From: Candidatus Poribacteria bacterium
Lineage (GTDB): Bacteria > Poribacteria > WGA-4E > WGA-3G
DNA: 64,000 nt
Assembly: GCA_963663765.2 (NCBI GenBank)
Contig: CAXXUA010000003.1
Span: forward strand, 480,001 to 544,000
Direction: 5' to 3'
In this document: positions 9,823 through 24,371 of the stretch, piece by piece
Position numbering within the stretch: position 1 is the first letter of the stretch
Layout of the letters: the number at the start of each line of letters is the position of its first letter
Position numbers and translations under genes: made by a program
The notes under the pieces: generated by a model
The model's database searches: none
Told to the model about the DNA's origin: nothing
Seen by the model: only the letters and a program-made list of their open reading frames with translations

Positions 9823-11112
9823 ATGATTCAGACACAAAAAATTAAACATCTACCAATAGATATTATTGACGGTGACCGATCTCACAGGTACCCTAAAAGA
9901 AGTGAATTTCAAAATGAAGGTATCCTTTTTCTCAACACCACGAATATTGTGCAAAATAGAATAGATATTACCGAAGCAAATTATGTTTCACAAGAGAAAT
10001 TCTATGAAATGAAAAAGGGACGACTTCAACAATTTGATATTGTTCTCACGACTCGAGGAAGCGTTGGGAAAGTTGCATTATTTAATTGTAATCCTCCTAT
10101 AGGTTTAATCAACGCTCAAATGTTGATTTTACGAACTGATGGGAATATAATTGATTCAAAATTTTTATTTTACCAGATGTGTAGTAATGATTTTCAGATA
10201 AAACTCAAAAACTTTGCTTCTGGTGCAGCACAACCTCAAATTCCAATTATTGATCTAAAAGAAATTGAAATTGGGGTGCCACCACGCCCAACCCAACGCA
10301 AAATCGCCGCCATTCTCAGCACCTACGACAACCTCATAGAAAACAACACCCGCCGCATCAAAATCCTTGAAGACATGGCACAAACCCTCTACCGAGAATG
10401 GTTCGTCCACTACCGATTTCCCGGACATGAAAACGTGCCAATGATAGAATCAGAGTTGGGACCGATACCGCTCGGGTGGGAGGTTAAGCAGCTTGGTGAG
10501 GTTGCCCAACTGCATAGAGGGAAATCTTATAGAAGTAAAAATCTCGTTAATGAAGGTGAAGGTTTACCATTTCTAAGTCTAAAAAATATTGCTCGAGATG
10601 GTGGATTTAGGAATGACAGTTTGAAGTGGTATGATGGCGAATTCAAAGACACACAAGTTGCTACCTCAAATGATATTGTCATGGCACTTACGGATATGAC
10701 ACAAGAACGGAAGGTTGTTGCACGTTCTGCTCGTGTCCCGGATTTTGGACATGAAAAGTATGTTTTTTCTATGGATTTGCTTAAAATTGTACCTTATAAA
10801 ACAATTCAAGCAGATTTTTTGTACGCTTTACTCAGATATTCAATTTTTCCCAAAATACTTAAGGAATATGCAAACGGTACAACTGTCTTACACTTGAGTC
10901 CTGATCATGTCCAATCATGTAAGTTAGTGTTGGCTCCCCATGAATTTAGACAAAAGTATGCTGAAATTGCAAAGTCAGTCCGTCAACAAAACGATTTTCT
11001 TCAAAAGAAAAACACCGCCCTCCGCCAAACCCGCGACCTCCTCCTCCCCAAACTCATCTCTGGCGAAATAGACGTATCCCAACTTGATATTGACACACCA
11101 CACCAAAACTAA
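9823..11112 (+). CDS. hsdS: Type I R-M specificity subunit S
   Basis: Two TRDs; central conserved [24 protein letters not shown]; distal RDLLLPKLISGEI. Confidence 0.95.
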   Translation: MIQTQKIKHLPIDIIDGDRSHRYPKRSEFQNEGILFLNTTNIVQNRIDITEANYVSQEKFYEMKKGRLQQFDIVLTTRGSVGKVALFNCNPPIGLINAQMLILRTDGNIIDSKFLFYQMCSNDFQIKLKNFASGAAQPQIPIIDLKEIEIGVPPRPTQRKIAAILSTYDNLIENNTRRIKILEDMAQTLYREWFVHYRFPGHENVPMIESELGPIPLGWEVKQLGEVAQLHRGKSYRSKNLVNEGEGLPFLSLKNIARDGGFRNDSLKWYDGEFKDTQVATSNDIVMALTDMTQERKVVARSARVPDFGHEKYVFSMDLLKIVPYKTIQADFLYALLRYSIFPKILKEYANGTTVLHLSPDHVQSCKLVLAPHEFRQKYAEIAKSVRQQNDFLQKKNTALRQTRDLLLPKLISGEIDVSQLDIDTPHQN

Positions 11113-11176
11113 AAGCAATTGACAAGTATAAACTTGAAGATGTATAATATCAACAAGTCGATTTAGGAGGAAACAA

Positions 11177-11380
11177 ATGCTCAAAATCAAACCGCAATAT
11201 CTTGTAAATAACAAAGGCGAAAAAACCGCCGCGCTCCTGCCAATCAAAGAATTCCAACTGCTCATGCAGCGGCTTGAAGACTTAGAAGATACTTTAGAGA
11301 TGGACGCTGCGGTCGAAACCGAAACAGAGTTCCGCGACTATCAAGACATTCGATCAGAGCTAATGCGTGAATCAACATGA
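11177..11380 (+). CDS. Small antitoxin-like protein, no adjacent toxin
   Basis: PQYLVNNKGEKTAALLPIKEF..LEDLED pattern typical of antitoxins preceding RelE genes; AGGAGG RBS; TTGACA at 11119. Confidence 0.6.
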   Translation: MLKIKPQYLVNNKGEKTAALLPIKEFQLLMQRLEDLEDTLEMDAAVETETEFRDYQDIRSELMREST

Positions 11381-11751
11381 GAACCGATGGGAGATATATT
11401 ATAGAAAAGGAGGATCCCCTGAAACTTGAAAATATGTTTGAATTCATCAACCCAACAGCGATTCGGATAAAAGGAACACGCGTTGGGATTGAAATTGTCA
11501 TTGAGCAATTTCTTGCAGGAGCAGACCCAAGGGAAATTCAGCGACTTTATCCGAATCTAACGTTAGAGCAGATTTATGTAACGATTACCTATTATCTGTT
11601 GAATAAAAAGAAAATTGATGTCTATATTGCAGAGGGGATCAAACAAGCAGAGGCTGCTTATGCGGAGCAGCTAAAAAACCCGTCTCCTGGAGTCGAACGT
11701 CTCATGAAAATTAAAGCGGAACTTAAAGCACAAGGATATTATTCTGTGTAA
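11377..11751 (+). CDS. DUF433-domain protein (antitoxin-like)
   Basis: IRIKGTRVGIEIVI..YPNLTLEQIYVTITYY DUF433 signature. Confidence 0.8.
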   Translation: MRTDGRYIIEKEDPLKLENMFEFINPTAIRIKGTRVGIEIVIEQFLAGADPREIQRLYPNLTLEQIYVTITYYLLNKKKIDVYIAEGIKQAEAAYAEQLKNPSPGVERLMKIKAELKAQGYYSV

Positions 11752-11759
11752 TAATGGAT

Positions 11760-11881
11760 CAGGACTTAGGCAGTTTTCATGATTTAATCAAGAATTGTGA
11801 TGAAAATGATGTAATTTTCAACATTATTTGTGCTTCCAGCGCGCTTACAAAGCACGCCTACCGTTGGGTGCGTAAGTCCTG
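11760..11881. mobile_element. IS701-type MITE (minimal form)
   Basis: CAGGACTTAGGCA / TGCGTAAGTCCTG; 5-bp TSD TGGAT. Confidence 0.9.
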
Positions 11882-11891
11882 TGGATAAACC

Positions 11892-14800
11892 ATGCAAAAC
11901 CCCTACAGTGAAAACCTACTCGTTGAACAACCTGCAATTGTGATCCTTGAAAATATGGGATGGCATACACAAAATTGTATTAATGAATTCGGATACGGAA
12001 ACCAAATTTCTACAGGTAGAGTAACGAAATCTGAAGTTGTACTAACTGAAAGACTACGTGCAGCATTAGAACGACTCAACCGGATTGCTCCTCATGATGC
12101 AATTGATGATGCAATTGAGAAATTAACTCAATCCCGTGCTCTCATGAACACAGTTGAAGCGAATCGGGAAATCTACTCCCTTTTAAAAGACGGTGTGCCT
12201 GTAACAATTTCCGATCCGAAGACACAAGAAGAATCTGCTTTACTCCTTCAAGTAATTGATTGGGAAAATCCGAAGAATAACGACTTCTTCGCGGCATCAC
12301 AATTCTGGATCACAGGTGAAATGTACACCAGACGACCAGACCTTGTAGGTTTTGTTAACGGTATTCCGTTAGTCCTTATGGAGTTTAAACGGATTGACGA
12401 AAATATCTTCTCCGCTTATGACGACAACCTCCGAGACAACAAAGACACTATTCCCCATCTTTTTTGGTATAACGTCTTGATTATCGTATCCAATGGTTCA
12501 GAGAGCCGCGTCGGGAGTATTACCTCCGAATGGGAACACTTTTCCGATTGGAAACGGATTGACAGTGAAGATGAGCAAAAGAGAGTATCCTTAGAAATAC
12601 TGCTGCGTGGTGTCTGCGAACCAGCAAGATTATTGGATATTGTTGAAAACTTTGCGCTATTTATGGAGACACAAGGCGGGACAATTAAACTAATAGCAAA
12701 GAATCACCAATACTTAGGCGTAAACAACACAATTAAGGCACTGCAGAAAAAGGAATCAAATGATGGCAAACTCGGTGTATTCTGGCATACACAAGGAAGT
12801 GGCAAAAGTGTCTCAATGATCTTTTTTGCGCAGAAAATCCTCAGACGAATCCCAGGGCATTGGACCTTCGTTATCGTAACAGACCGTAAAGAATTGGACA
12901 CCCAGATATACAAAACCTTCGCATGTGCAAGTGGTGTGCTTACACAACAAGAAGTGCATGCGGAAAACATAGCACATCTTCGTCAACTGCTCAGGCAAGA
13001 CCACCGCTATATTTTTACACTTATTCAAAAATTTCAGACACAAGATAACGAACCCCATCCTATTCTCTCTGAGCGGTCAGACATTATTGTCATTAATGAT
13101 GAAGCACACCGTAGTCAATACGACACATTGGCATTGAATATGCGTACCGCGCTCCCGAATGCTGCATATATTGCGTTTACAGGAACACCGCTAATGGCAG
13201 GCGAAGAAAGGACACGTGAAGTTTTTGGGGACTACGTGTCAGTATACGATTTTAGACAATCTATAGAGGATAGGGCAACCGTACCACTCTATTATGAAAA
13301 CCGCGTTCCCAAACTACAATTGACAAATGACCAATTAAACACCGACCTTGAACAGATTCTTGAACAAGTAGATTTGGATGAGGACCAACAAGAAAAAATT
13401 GAACGTGAATTTTCACGAGAATACCATCTCATCACTCGTGAAGAACGCTTAGAGGTTATCGCAGAAGATATTGTCTCACATTTCATCGGCAGAGGTTATC
13501 GGGGAAAAGCAATGGTCATTTCTATTGATAAACCTACTGCAGTTAAAATGTACGACAAAGTCAAGAAATACTGGCAACAAAAACTCACATCGCTAAAATC
13601 AGAACTAAATAGTGATATTCCAAGAGACAGAGAAAAACCACTTGCTGCGCTAATTCAGTATATGGAAGAAACCGATATGGCAGTTGTTGTCTCTACTTCA
13701 CAAAATGAAATTGATGATCTCAGAAATAGAGGCGTGGACATCAGACCCCATAGACAACGTATGACCACGGAAGACTTGGAAACAAAATTCAAGAACTCAG
13801 ATGACCCATTTCGTATTGTTTTCCTCTGTGCAATGTGGACAACAGGTTTTGATGTCCCTTCATGTTCTACAATTTATCTCGACAAACCGCAACGTAACCA
13901 TACATTGATGCAGACAATCGCAAGAGCCAATCGTGTGTTTAAAGATAAAGTCAACGGTTTAATTGTTGATTACATCGGCATTTTACGGAACCTTGAGAGG
14001 GCACTTGCTATTTATGCTACTGGTTCTAACGGAGAAGGTAAAAGTCCGATTGCCGATAAGTCAGAACTTATTGCGGTTCTCATAGAAGCAATTGCAAATA
14101 TTGTTGAATTTTGTAGGAATCTTGGAATTGACTTGCCAAGGATTCAAGAAGTTGAGAGTCTTCAAAAAATCCAATTAATTGACAAGACTGTCAACCTCAT
14201 TTTAGTAAACGACGAAACGAAAAAGGACTACCTTGAACAAGCAAGCACAGTCTATAAATTATTCAAAGCAATCTTACCAGATACAGCAGCGAACGAGTTC
14301 AGCGGAATGTGTTCACTTGTAAACATCATTGCAAGCAAGATAAAAAGTCTTCGTGGACCAGTTGACATCTCCGAAGTTGAAGATGCTGTAGAAGAACTAT
14401 TGGATCGCTCAATTGCACCTGAAGGATATATCATTAACTCAGGAGAAAACTACTTTGATTCAGAACTTATTGACTTAAACCAAATTGACTTTGAACAACT
14501 TGCAGAGAAATTCAACACTGAACACAAACGTACAGAAGCTGAAAAATTAAAAGGTGTAATAAATAGAAAAATCAAAGAGATGGTTCAACTTAACAGCACC
14601 CGCATTGATCTGCAAGAAAAATTTGAACAGATGATTGAGGAATACAACGCTGGTCATATAAGCGATGACCGACTTCTTGAAGAAATTCTTGATTTTCTGC
14701 AAGAACTTGGTGAAGAGGAACAACGTGCCGATTCCGAAGATCTATCTGAAGAAGAATTAGCGGTCTATGATATTCTCACTAAACCAGAACCCCGCTTGAC

Positions 14801-15065
14801 TGTACCGCAGCGAGAAGAAGTGAAATCTACTGTGAAAGACTTACTTAATTCTCTCAAACATGATAATCTGGTATTAGATTGGCGTAAACAAGAACAATTG
14901 AGAGCACAAACTAAAGAAGCAATTGGAACAAAACTTGATGATGGATTACCAGAATGTTACACACCCCAGTTGTTCAATCAGAAATCAGAGGCAGTTTTTC
15001 AACACATTTACGACGCTTACTATGGAGAAGGAAAGAGCATATATACCGAAACCTTAAATTCTTAG
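11892..15065 (+). CDS. hsdR: Type I R-M restriction subunit R
   Basis: PD..GIPLVLMEFK nuclease motif, HTQGSGKS Walker A, DEAH, FTGTP, TGFDVP, QTIARANR. Confidence 0.96.
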   Translation: MQNPYSENLLVEQPAIVILENMGWHTQNCINEFGYGNQISTGRVTKSEVVLTERLRAALERLNRIAPHDAIDDAIEKLTQSRALMNTVEANREIYSLLKDGVPVTISDPKTQEESALLLQVIDWENPKNNDFFAASQFWITGEMYTRRPDLVGFVNGIPLVLMEFKRIDENIFSAYDDNLRDNKDTIPHLFWYNVLIIVSNGSESRVGSITSEWEHFSDWKRIDSEDEQKRVSLEILLRGVCEPARLLDIVENFALFMETQGGTIKLIAKNHQYLGVNNTIKALQKKESNDGKLGVFWHTQGSGKSVSMIFFAQKILRRIPGHWTFVIVTDRKELDTQIYKTFACASGVLTQQEVHAENIAHLRQLLRQDHRYIFTLIQKFQTQDNEPHPILSERSDIIVINDEAHRSQYDTLALNMRTALPNAAYIAFTGTPLMAGEERTREVFGDYVSVYDFRQSIEDRATVPLYYENRVPKLQLTNDQLNTDLEQILEQVDLDEDQQEKIEREFSREYHLITREERLEVIAEDIVSHFIGRGYRGKAMVISIDKPTAVKMYDKVKKYWQQKLTSLKSELNSDIPRDREKPLAALIQYMEETDMAVVVSTSQNEIDDLRNRGVDIRPHRQRMTTEDLETKFKNSDDPFRIVFLCAMWTTGFDVPSCSTIYLDKPQRNHTLMQTIARANRVFKDKVNGLIVDYIGILRNLERALAIYATGSNGEGKSPIADKSELIAVLIEAIANIVEFCRNLGIDLPRIQEVESLQKIQLIDKTVNLILVNDETKKDYLEQASTVYKLFKAILPDTAANEFSGMCSLVNIIASKIKSLRGPVDISEVEDAVEELLDRSIAPEGYIINSGENYFDSELIDLNQIDFEQLAEKFNTEHKRTEAEKLKGVINRKIKEMVQLNSTRIDLQEKFEQMIEEYNAGHISDDRLLEEILDFLQELGEEEQRADSEDLSEEELAVYDILTKPEPRLTVPQREEVKSTVKDLLNSLKHDNLVLDWRKQEQLRAQTKEAIGTKLDDGLPECYTPQLFNQKSEAVFQHIYDAYYGEGKSIYTETLNS

Positions 15066-15136
15066 ATATAGAGTTAAGGTGAAAGACATTCTCACTCTAT
15101 AATATGACCTAAGTTGCTACCAATGTAGTACAATCT

Positions 15137-16227
15137 CAGGACTTACGCAGTCTCAAAGATTATCGATGGATTTGAGAGTTGATATCGCATATAATCATCC
15201 AATAAACTTTGTTTAAGTTCATAAATTGTTTTGCCAAGTTTACGCGCAACACGTTTCAAACAGACCCATATTTGAAAACAACAGGCAATATGATTTCTTT
15301 GGGCACGCAACTTGCGACATTGACATTTGCCAATACCCGTGACTTGTTTGATCTCACGATGGAGTTGTTCAATCTTCCAACGTATACGACATTCTTGGTG
15401 TGCCGCATCCGCATCCGATTGAGATAAATCGTTTGTCACAATATATTCCGTGCGCCCGGTAGAGGAGGCTATCCGGAACAACTTTACTTGATACCCTTTT
15501 GGAAACTTCTTGATGTGCACGCTTTTCCCTTGCCGGATTTCTGTCCGGGTCCAAGATAGGTCTTGGACTTGTTGGTGCGGTTGCTCGCCATCCGTATCGT
15601 TTACAAGACGATTTCGTTTCAGGGGCACGTAGTAAATCTTAGAAAGTTTTTCAATCGCTTTCATAACTTGCATGGAGGCATACCAAGTATCCATTAGCAC
15701 CGTCCGAAACGGTAACTGTTTTTTAGAGTACGCGTTGTGCAACATTTCCAGTAAATGGTCTATTTTGGTTTTACCATCATGATCTATGTCATAAATACGG
15801 TAATCAATAATCCAATACTCTTCTGTCTTTGGATTGACATAGATACACGTCACAATACCAATGCCTTTAACGACTTTTTTGTCGCTACCACTCCACTGAG
15901 AACGGAGGACCTCAATCTCTTTCGCATAGAGTTTAGGTAGCACAACATCGTCAAAAACAATGTAGCCATCATCATCAAACTCAATGTCGTTTTTGACCGA
16001 GTTCCAAAGTTCATTCGCGGGGATGTTTTCACCGCTCAGAAACCGATTGATTTGATCGTGGCTCCACTTATCAGTATGGTCTGCCATATAGGTTTGTGTA
16101 AAGTTTGTAAAACTTGATAACAAAAATTGACAATAATCTGAATATAAACTTTGTTTCTTTTCGGAAAGTGTAAATGTAATCATAATGGAATAGTATAGCA
16201 CAAATCTATTATAGTGCGTAAGTCCTG
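15137..16227 (-). mobile_element. Complete IS701-family insertion sequence
   Basis: 13-bp TIRs CAGGACTTACGCA / TGCGTAAGTCCTG; 5-bp TSD AATCT; intact transposase. Confidence 0.92.
15143..16183 (-). CDS. IS701-family DDE transposase
   Basis: FDDVV, LMDTWY, RWKIEQLHREIKQ motifs; stop codon lies in the TIR; start placed inside the element. Confidence 0.9.
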   Translation of the reverse strand: MITFTLSEKKQSLYSDYCQFLLSSFTNFTQTYMADHTDKWSHDQINRFLSGENIPANELWNSVKNDIEFDDDGYIVFDDVVLPKLYAKEIEVLRSQWSGSDKKVVKGIGIVTCIYVNPKTEEYWIIDYRIYDIDHDGKTKIDHLLEMLHNAYSKKQLPFRTVLMDTWYASMQVMKAIEKLSKIYYVPLKRNRLVNDTDGEQPHQQVQDLSWTRTEIRQGKSVHIKKFPKGYQVKLFRIASSTGRTEYIVTNDLSQSDADAAHQECRIRWKIEQLHREIKQVTGIGKCQCRKLRAQRNHIACCFQIWVCLKRVARKLGKTIYELKQSLLDDYMRYQLSNPSIIFETA

Positions 16228-16248
16228 AATCTGTTAGATTGTGCATCA

Positions 16249-16438
16249 GAGAACACAAACTGAAAGTTTGTGCTACAAATACTACCGAGAACACAAACTG
16301 AAAGTTTGTGCTACAAATACTACCGAGAACACAAACTGAAAGTTTGTGCTACAAATACTACTGAGAACACAAACTGAAAGTTTGTGCTACAAATACTACT
16401 GAGAACACAAACTGAAAGTTTGTGCTACAAATACTACC
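16249..16438. repeat. 38-bp tandem repeat x5 of a GTAG-type REP hairpin
   Basis: GAGAACACAAACTGAAAGTTTGTGCTACAAATACTACC; minus strand reads GTAG+CACAAACT-TTC-AGTTTGTG; single copy near 33701-33727. Confidence 0.93.
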
Positions 16439-16531
16439 GAAAAGAGGATTATACTCTATAAAAAAGGTGCTTATTTGTCTAAACCTTATAGGTAGCAACT
16501 TGCGTTAATATAAGCGAAGAAAGGTAAACAG

Positions 16532-17467
16532 ATGGACGTATTATCGCTGGGTATCTATGTCCTAGACGTACTCGGAAAACCGATCGACCATTTTCCCGAA
16601 AAAGGAAAATTAGCACTGTTCGATCAATTAGAAATCCATACAGGTGGTTGTGCAAACAACACCGCCATCGTGTTGTCACGACTTGGTGTTTCTGTGGGGG
16701 CAATGGGTAAAATCGGCAACGACCACTTTGGCGACTTAGTCCTGCAATCTCTTACCGAAAACCGGGTTGACACCATGGGTATACAACGGGATACAAAGGT
16801 CAACACATCCTTTACATTTGTTGCTATTGCGTCTGATGGAGAACGAAGTTTCTGCCATTACATTGGCGCAAACGGTGAACTTTGCGAAACTGATCTGAAT
16901 TGGGACATAATTAAAAACACTAAAATACTACACATTGCAGGTGCACTCGTCATGCCGAAATTTGATGGACAGCCGATGGCGAATGTTCTTAAAAAAGCAA
17001 AAACACTTGGTATAACAACATCACTTGACACTGCATGGGACGCAACAGGAAAATGGTTAGAAACACTGGAACCGTGTCTACCGTATGTTGACATTATTCT
17101 GCCGAATTTGTCTGAAGCAGAACATATTACATGCACAACCGAACTAACTGAAATCACCAAATTCTTTAAAGATTACGGTATCAAAACCGTTGGAATTAAG
17201 ATGGGTGAACATGGCAGCTACGTTTCAACTCATGAAGAGGAACTGTATATCCCCGCTTATCCTGTTAATGTTGTGGATGCTACAGGTGCTGGAGATGCGT
17301 ATGTAGCAGGTTTTCTTGCTGGATTGGTGAAAGGTCAGGATCTCAAAGCAACAGCAGAATTAGCTTCAGCCACTGGAGCCGCATGCGTAACTGCTATCGG
17401 AACTACCACAGGCATCAAAAACATTGAGGAAACTATGAAAATTTGTGAAAGTGGCACAACTTCATGA
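16532..17467 (+). CDS. PfkB-family carbohydrate kinase
   Basis: GGCANNTA..RLG, DATGAGDAYVAGF. Confidence 0.93.
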   Translation: MDVLSLGIYVLDVLGKPIDHFPEKGKLALFDQLEIHTGGCANNTAIVLSRLGVSVGAMGKIGNDHFGDLVLQSLTENRVDTMGIQRDTKVNTSFTFVAIASDGERSFCHYIGANGELCETDLNWDIIKNTKILHIAGALVMPKFDGQPMANVLKKAKTLGITTSLDTAWDATGKWLETLEPCLPYVDIILPNLSEAEHITCTTELTEITKFFKDYGIKTVGIKMGEHGSYVSTHEEELYIPAYPVNVVDATGAGDAYVAGFLAGLVKGQDLKATAELASATGAACVTAIGTTTGIKNIEETMKICESGTTS

Positions 17468-17489
17468 TGGTGGAAAAGGAACACACACT

Positions 17490-18419
17490 ATGAATGAATC
17501 TGCAATCGTTCAAACAGAAAACTTATCCAAATGGTACGGAGAAGTGATGGGAGTGAACGATGTTACCTTGAAGATTCGCCCTGGCATAACCGGTTTACTC
17601 GGTCCTAACGGTGCAGGTAAAACAACCTTACTCAAACTGATGACAGGTCAACTTAAACCCAATCAAGGCACCATTACCATCCTAAATGAACCGGTTTGGA
17701 ACAACTTTCTACTTACAAATAAGTTTGGTTACTGCCCGGATATTGAATTAGCCTACCAATTTATGAGCGGTTTTGAGTTCATCACTTTTTTTGCAACGTT
17801 GAGCGGATATGAAAAAACTGAAGGAGAAACACAGAGCCTGAAAGCACTTGAAACAGTGGATATGATTGCTGCTAAAGACAAACCGATTGCTTCCTACAGT
17901 AAAGGTATGCGACAGCGGATTAAACTCGCACAAGCCCTTGTGCATGAACCCGAACTCCTTTTCCTTGACGAACCCCTTACCGGACTAGACCCTATCGGCA
18001 GACGACATATCATGAATCTACTCTCAAAACTTTCGCAGCAAGGAATCAGCATGATTGTTTCAAGCCACATCCTATATGAAATTGAAGCGGTTACAGAAAC
18101 TATCCTACTTATCCATCAAGGTCGGATTCTTGCTGAAGGTACTATCTCCGACATCCGTGAACTGATTGACGAACACCCACATAAGGTCTTCCTAAATGCA
18201 GATGAACCGCGCCGTTTAGCACAAATATGTCTACCGTATGATGACATTCTCAGCGTCACCTTCGGTGATGAAGCAGGTGATGTTATCATTGAAACGGCGA
18301 AACCGGACGCTTTTTATGCGCGACTTCCGCAAATTCTCATTGAAAACAAATTGAACCTCTCCCAACTCTACTCACCTGACGACAATCTATCTGCAGTGTT
18401 TAAGTATTTAGTTGGGTAG
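17490..18419 (+). CDS. ABC transporter ATP-binding protein
   Basis: GPNGAGKTT, YSKGMRQR, LDEP, SSH; no adjacent permease. Confidence 0.93.
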   Translation: MNESAIVQTENLSKWYGEVMGVNDVTLKIRPGITGLLGPNGAGKTTLLKLMTGQLKPNQGTITILNEPVWNNFLLTNKFGYCPDIELAYQFMSGFEFITFFATLSGYEKTEGETQSLKALETVDMIAAKDKPIASYSKGMRQRIKLAQALVHEPELLFLDEPLTGLDPIGRRHIMNLLSKLSQQGISMIVSSHILYEIEAVTETILLIHQGRILAEGTISDIRELIDEHPHKVFLNADEPRRLAQICLPYDDILSVTFGDEAGDVIIETAKPDAFYARLPQILIENKLNLSQLYSPDDNLSAVFKYLVG

Positions 18420-18558
18420 TATAGTGAAATATACAATGAAGTTTACACTATCAGGTGTAAGGAGCGATCTCCGAATCGCGACTGAACGCCTTGATAGTCG
18501 GGAATCGGAGTTCCCTCCTACACCTGAAAGTGTAAAAATAATTCTAAAATCAACTATA
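18420..18558. mobile_element. TA-bounded MITE family (TATAGTG...ACTATA) with REP pair
   Basis: Near-identical copies at 42518-42654 (reverse) and 60537-60706. Confidence 0.82.
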
Positions 18559-18635
18559 TTATTCCATCTCCAGAGTATTTACAGATTTCTTCAGAATTCG
18601 GTAACCATTTCACCTATAACCCGCGTCATTATATA

Positions 18636-18862
18636 TAGGACTTACGCAGTTTTCATGAATTAATCAAGAATTGCGATGAAAATGATGTAATTTTCAGCGT
18701 TTTTTTCAGTTTCCAGCGCCAAATCAAGAAATCAACGGTATGAATGCCTTTTGGCATTCCCCCAAATCAACGCCGAATGCGCCTATGGCATTCGTTGGGT
18801 ATGAATACCTTTTGGCATTCCCCGCCTACAAAGCGCGCCTACCGTTGGATGCGTAAGTCCTG
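18636..18862. mobile_element. IS701-type MITE with nested hairpin modules
   Basis: AGGACTTACGCA / TGCGTAAGTCCTG; TATAT on both flanks. Confidence 0.88.
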
Positions 18863-18909
18863 TATATTGAAACAACTTGAACTAATTTGTCACTTTCTTG
18901 AGGTGTCCG

Positions 18910-23059
<4,150 letters not shown>

Positions 23060-23081
23060 TCAAGAGTAAAGACCAATACAT

Positions 23082-23413
23082 CAGGGTTATTCAGTTTTCA
23101 ATTTATTAAGTAAATTCTATCACAGTCGTTAATCCTTGAGTTAGTTTTTTGGTGGAGTTAACTCATTCTTTGTCTGAACCAGGATTTTCAGGATTACCAG
23201 ATTTTCAGGATTTACCTCGTCAAGGGTTTTTGATAAGTGTTTATGCCCTCTTTTGGAATAGGATCTGATGAGAAAATCTTGATAATCTACTAATCCTGAA
23301 AATCCTGGTTCAGACAGTAAACAAAAATACCATGAAAAATCAATATATATTTCACTAATCTTAACCCAAAGTTAACTGGCATAACGATAGATTCTTAAAA
23401 CTGAATAACCCTG
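23082..23413. mobile_element. MITE with CAGGGTTATTCAGTTTT ends and an internal TGTCTGAACCAGGATT palindrome pair
   Basis: Perfect TIRs; similar copy at 47111-47499. Confidence 0.85.
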
Positions 23414-23433
23414 CAAATTAAAGAACACAAAGC

Positions 23434-24030
23434 ATCTGACAAGTACAAAACATAATAAAATTACTATAGTTTGGACAATTTCCAGACATGAGTTGAAAAG
23501 AAATTTATTCACTGCTTATGTTACCAAATCAATACACAACAAACAAAACGCAAACCCTCTTTGCTCCATTGGAGCAATATGTTTATAGTCATATTGTCAA
23601 CCGACATCTTCACTCCAGCGGAGCGGTATGTGATTTCCAACACACAGCACTCCGCTGGAGTGCTGTGTGTTCTCCAGTTTCATAATATACGAAACTCGTA
23701 GCAAAATAGACGTTCTATTGAATACTCAACCTCTACAAACTGAGAATTGTCCAAACAATAGTAAAATTATACTAGAAAAAACGATAAAAAACCCATTTAG
23801 TTGTTTTTTCAACGCAATAAGTAGTTTTGGACATATAAAAAACTCTTAGAAAATGCTATAAACATAGATATAGACTACATTTATAGCATATTTTATCTTG
23901 AAATAAATGTCTAATTTTTTAGTATAATATTAGAAGTGAAATTGGCAGGCGGTCACCTCCCAAAAAATCAAAAAAGCAATCGGAGTTGCGATGTCTGAAT
24001 TGTGATCTTTAGGTATGATACAAAACTTAT
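23434..24030. repeat. Non-coding blocks A (23434-23812) and B (23816-24030), repeated in swapped order at 24946-25541
   Basis: Long high-identity direct repeats visible by eye; block A contains CTCCAGCGGAG hairpins. Confidence 0.88.
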
Positions 24031-24072
24031 CAGAAAAATGCAACTCCTTTGATATATACAAAGGAGTTTTTC

Positions 24073-24147
24073 ATGAATCTTATTGAAGTCATGGAACAGT
24101 TTCCAGATCAAGAATCATGTATTACACAAGCGACTTCGTTGGCATGA
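24073..24147 (+). pseudogene. Probable IS1595-family transposase N-terminal stub
   Basis: AAGGAG RBS then MNLIEVMEQFPDQESCI, resembling IS1595 transposase starts; stops after 24 codons. Confidence 0.5.
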
Positions 24148-24371
24148 TAGGCTTTGTAAGGTTTGTTACTGAGATATTATATGCAATGCGTATTGTTTCG
24201 GGCAGTGCGGTTGTGGTGTCATCATCATTTTTGTATAAGGTAAAACTGATGAGAATGACAGCGGTGATCCCGCATGTCATGATGACGACATTTCGGATTT
24301 GTCTAAGACTCATGTGTTGGTTCATATAGCGTCTATGGGTGAATGCGTTAGTTTGCGATGCCAACGATTGT

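Larger units (their letters stand above)
15105..16507. mobile_element. Host MITE (AAGTTGCTACC ends) containing the IS701 element and a REP array
   Basis: TGACCTAAGTTGCTACC ... GGTAGCAACTTGCGTTA imperfect TIR; related right ends near 33793, 47985 and 52838. Confidence 0.55.

Noticed and set aside
7234-11112. Invertible hsdS shufflon
   Set aside because: The hsdS repeats are direct rather than inverted, and no site-specific recombinase gene is present.
16184-16294. N-terminal extension of the IS701 transposase
   Set aside because: It runs beyond the TIR at 16227 into the REP array.
18412-18663. Small ORFs sharing DLRIATERLDSRESEFPPTPES (also 60566-60763)
   Set aside because: The shared peptide is the translation of a TA-bounded MITE, not a gene family.
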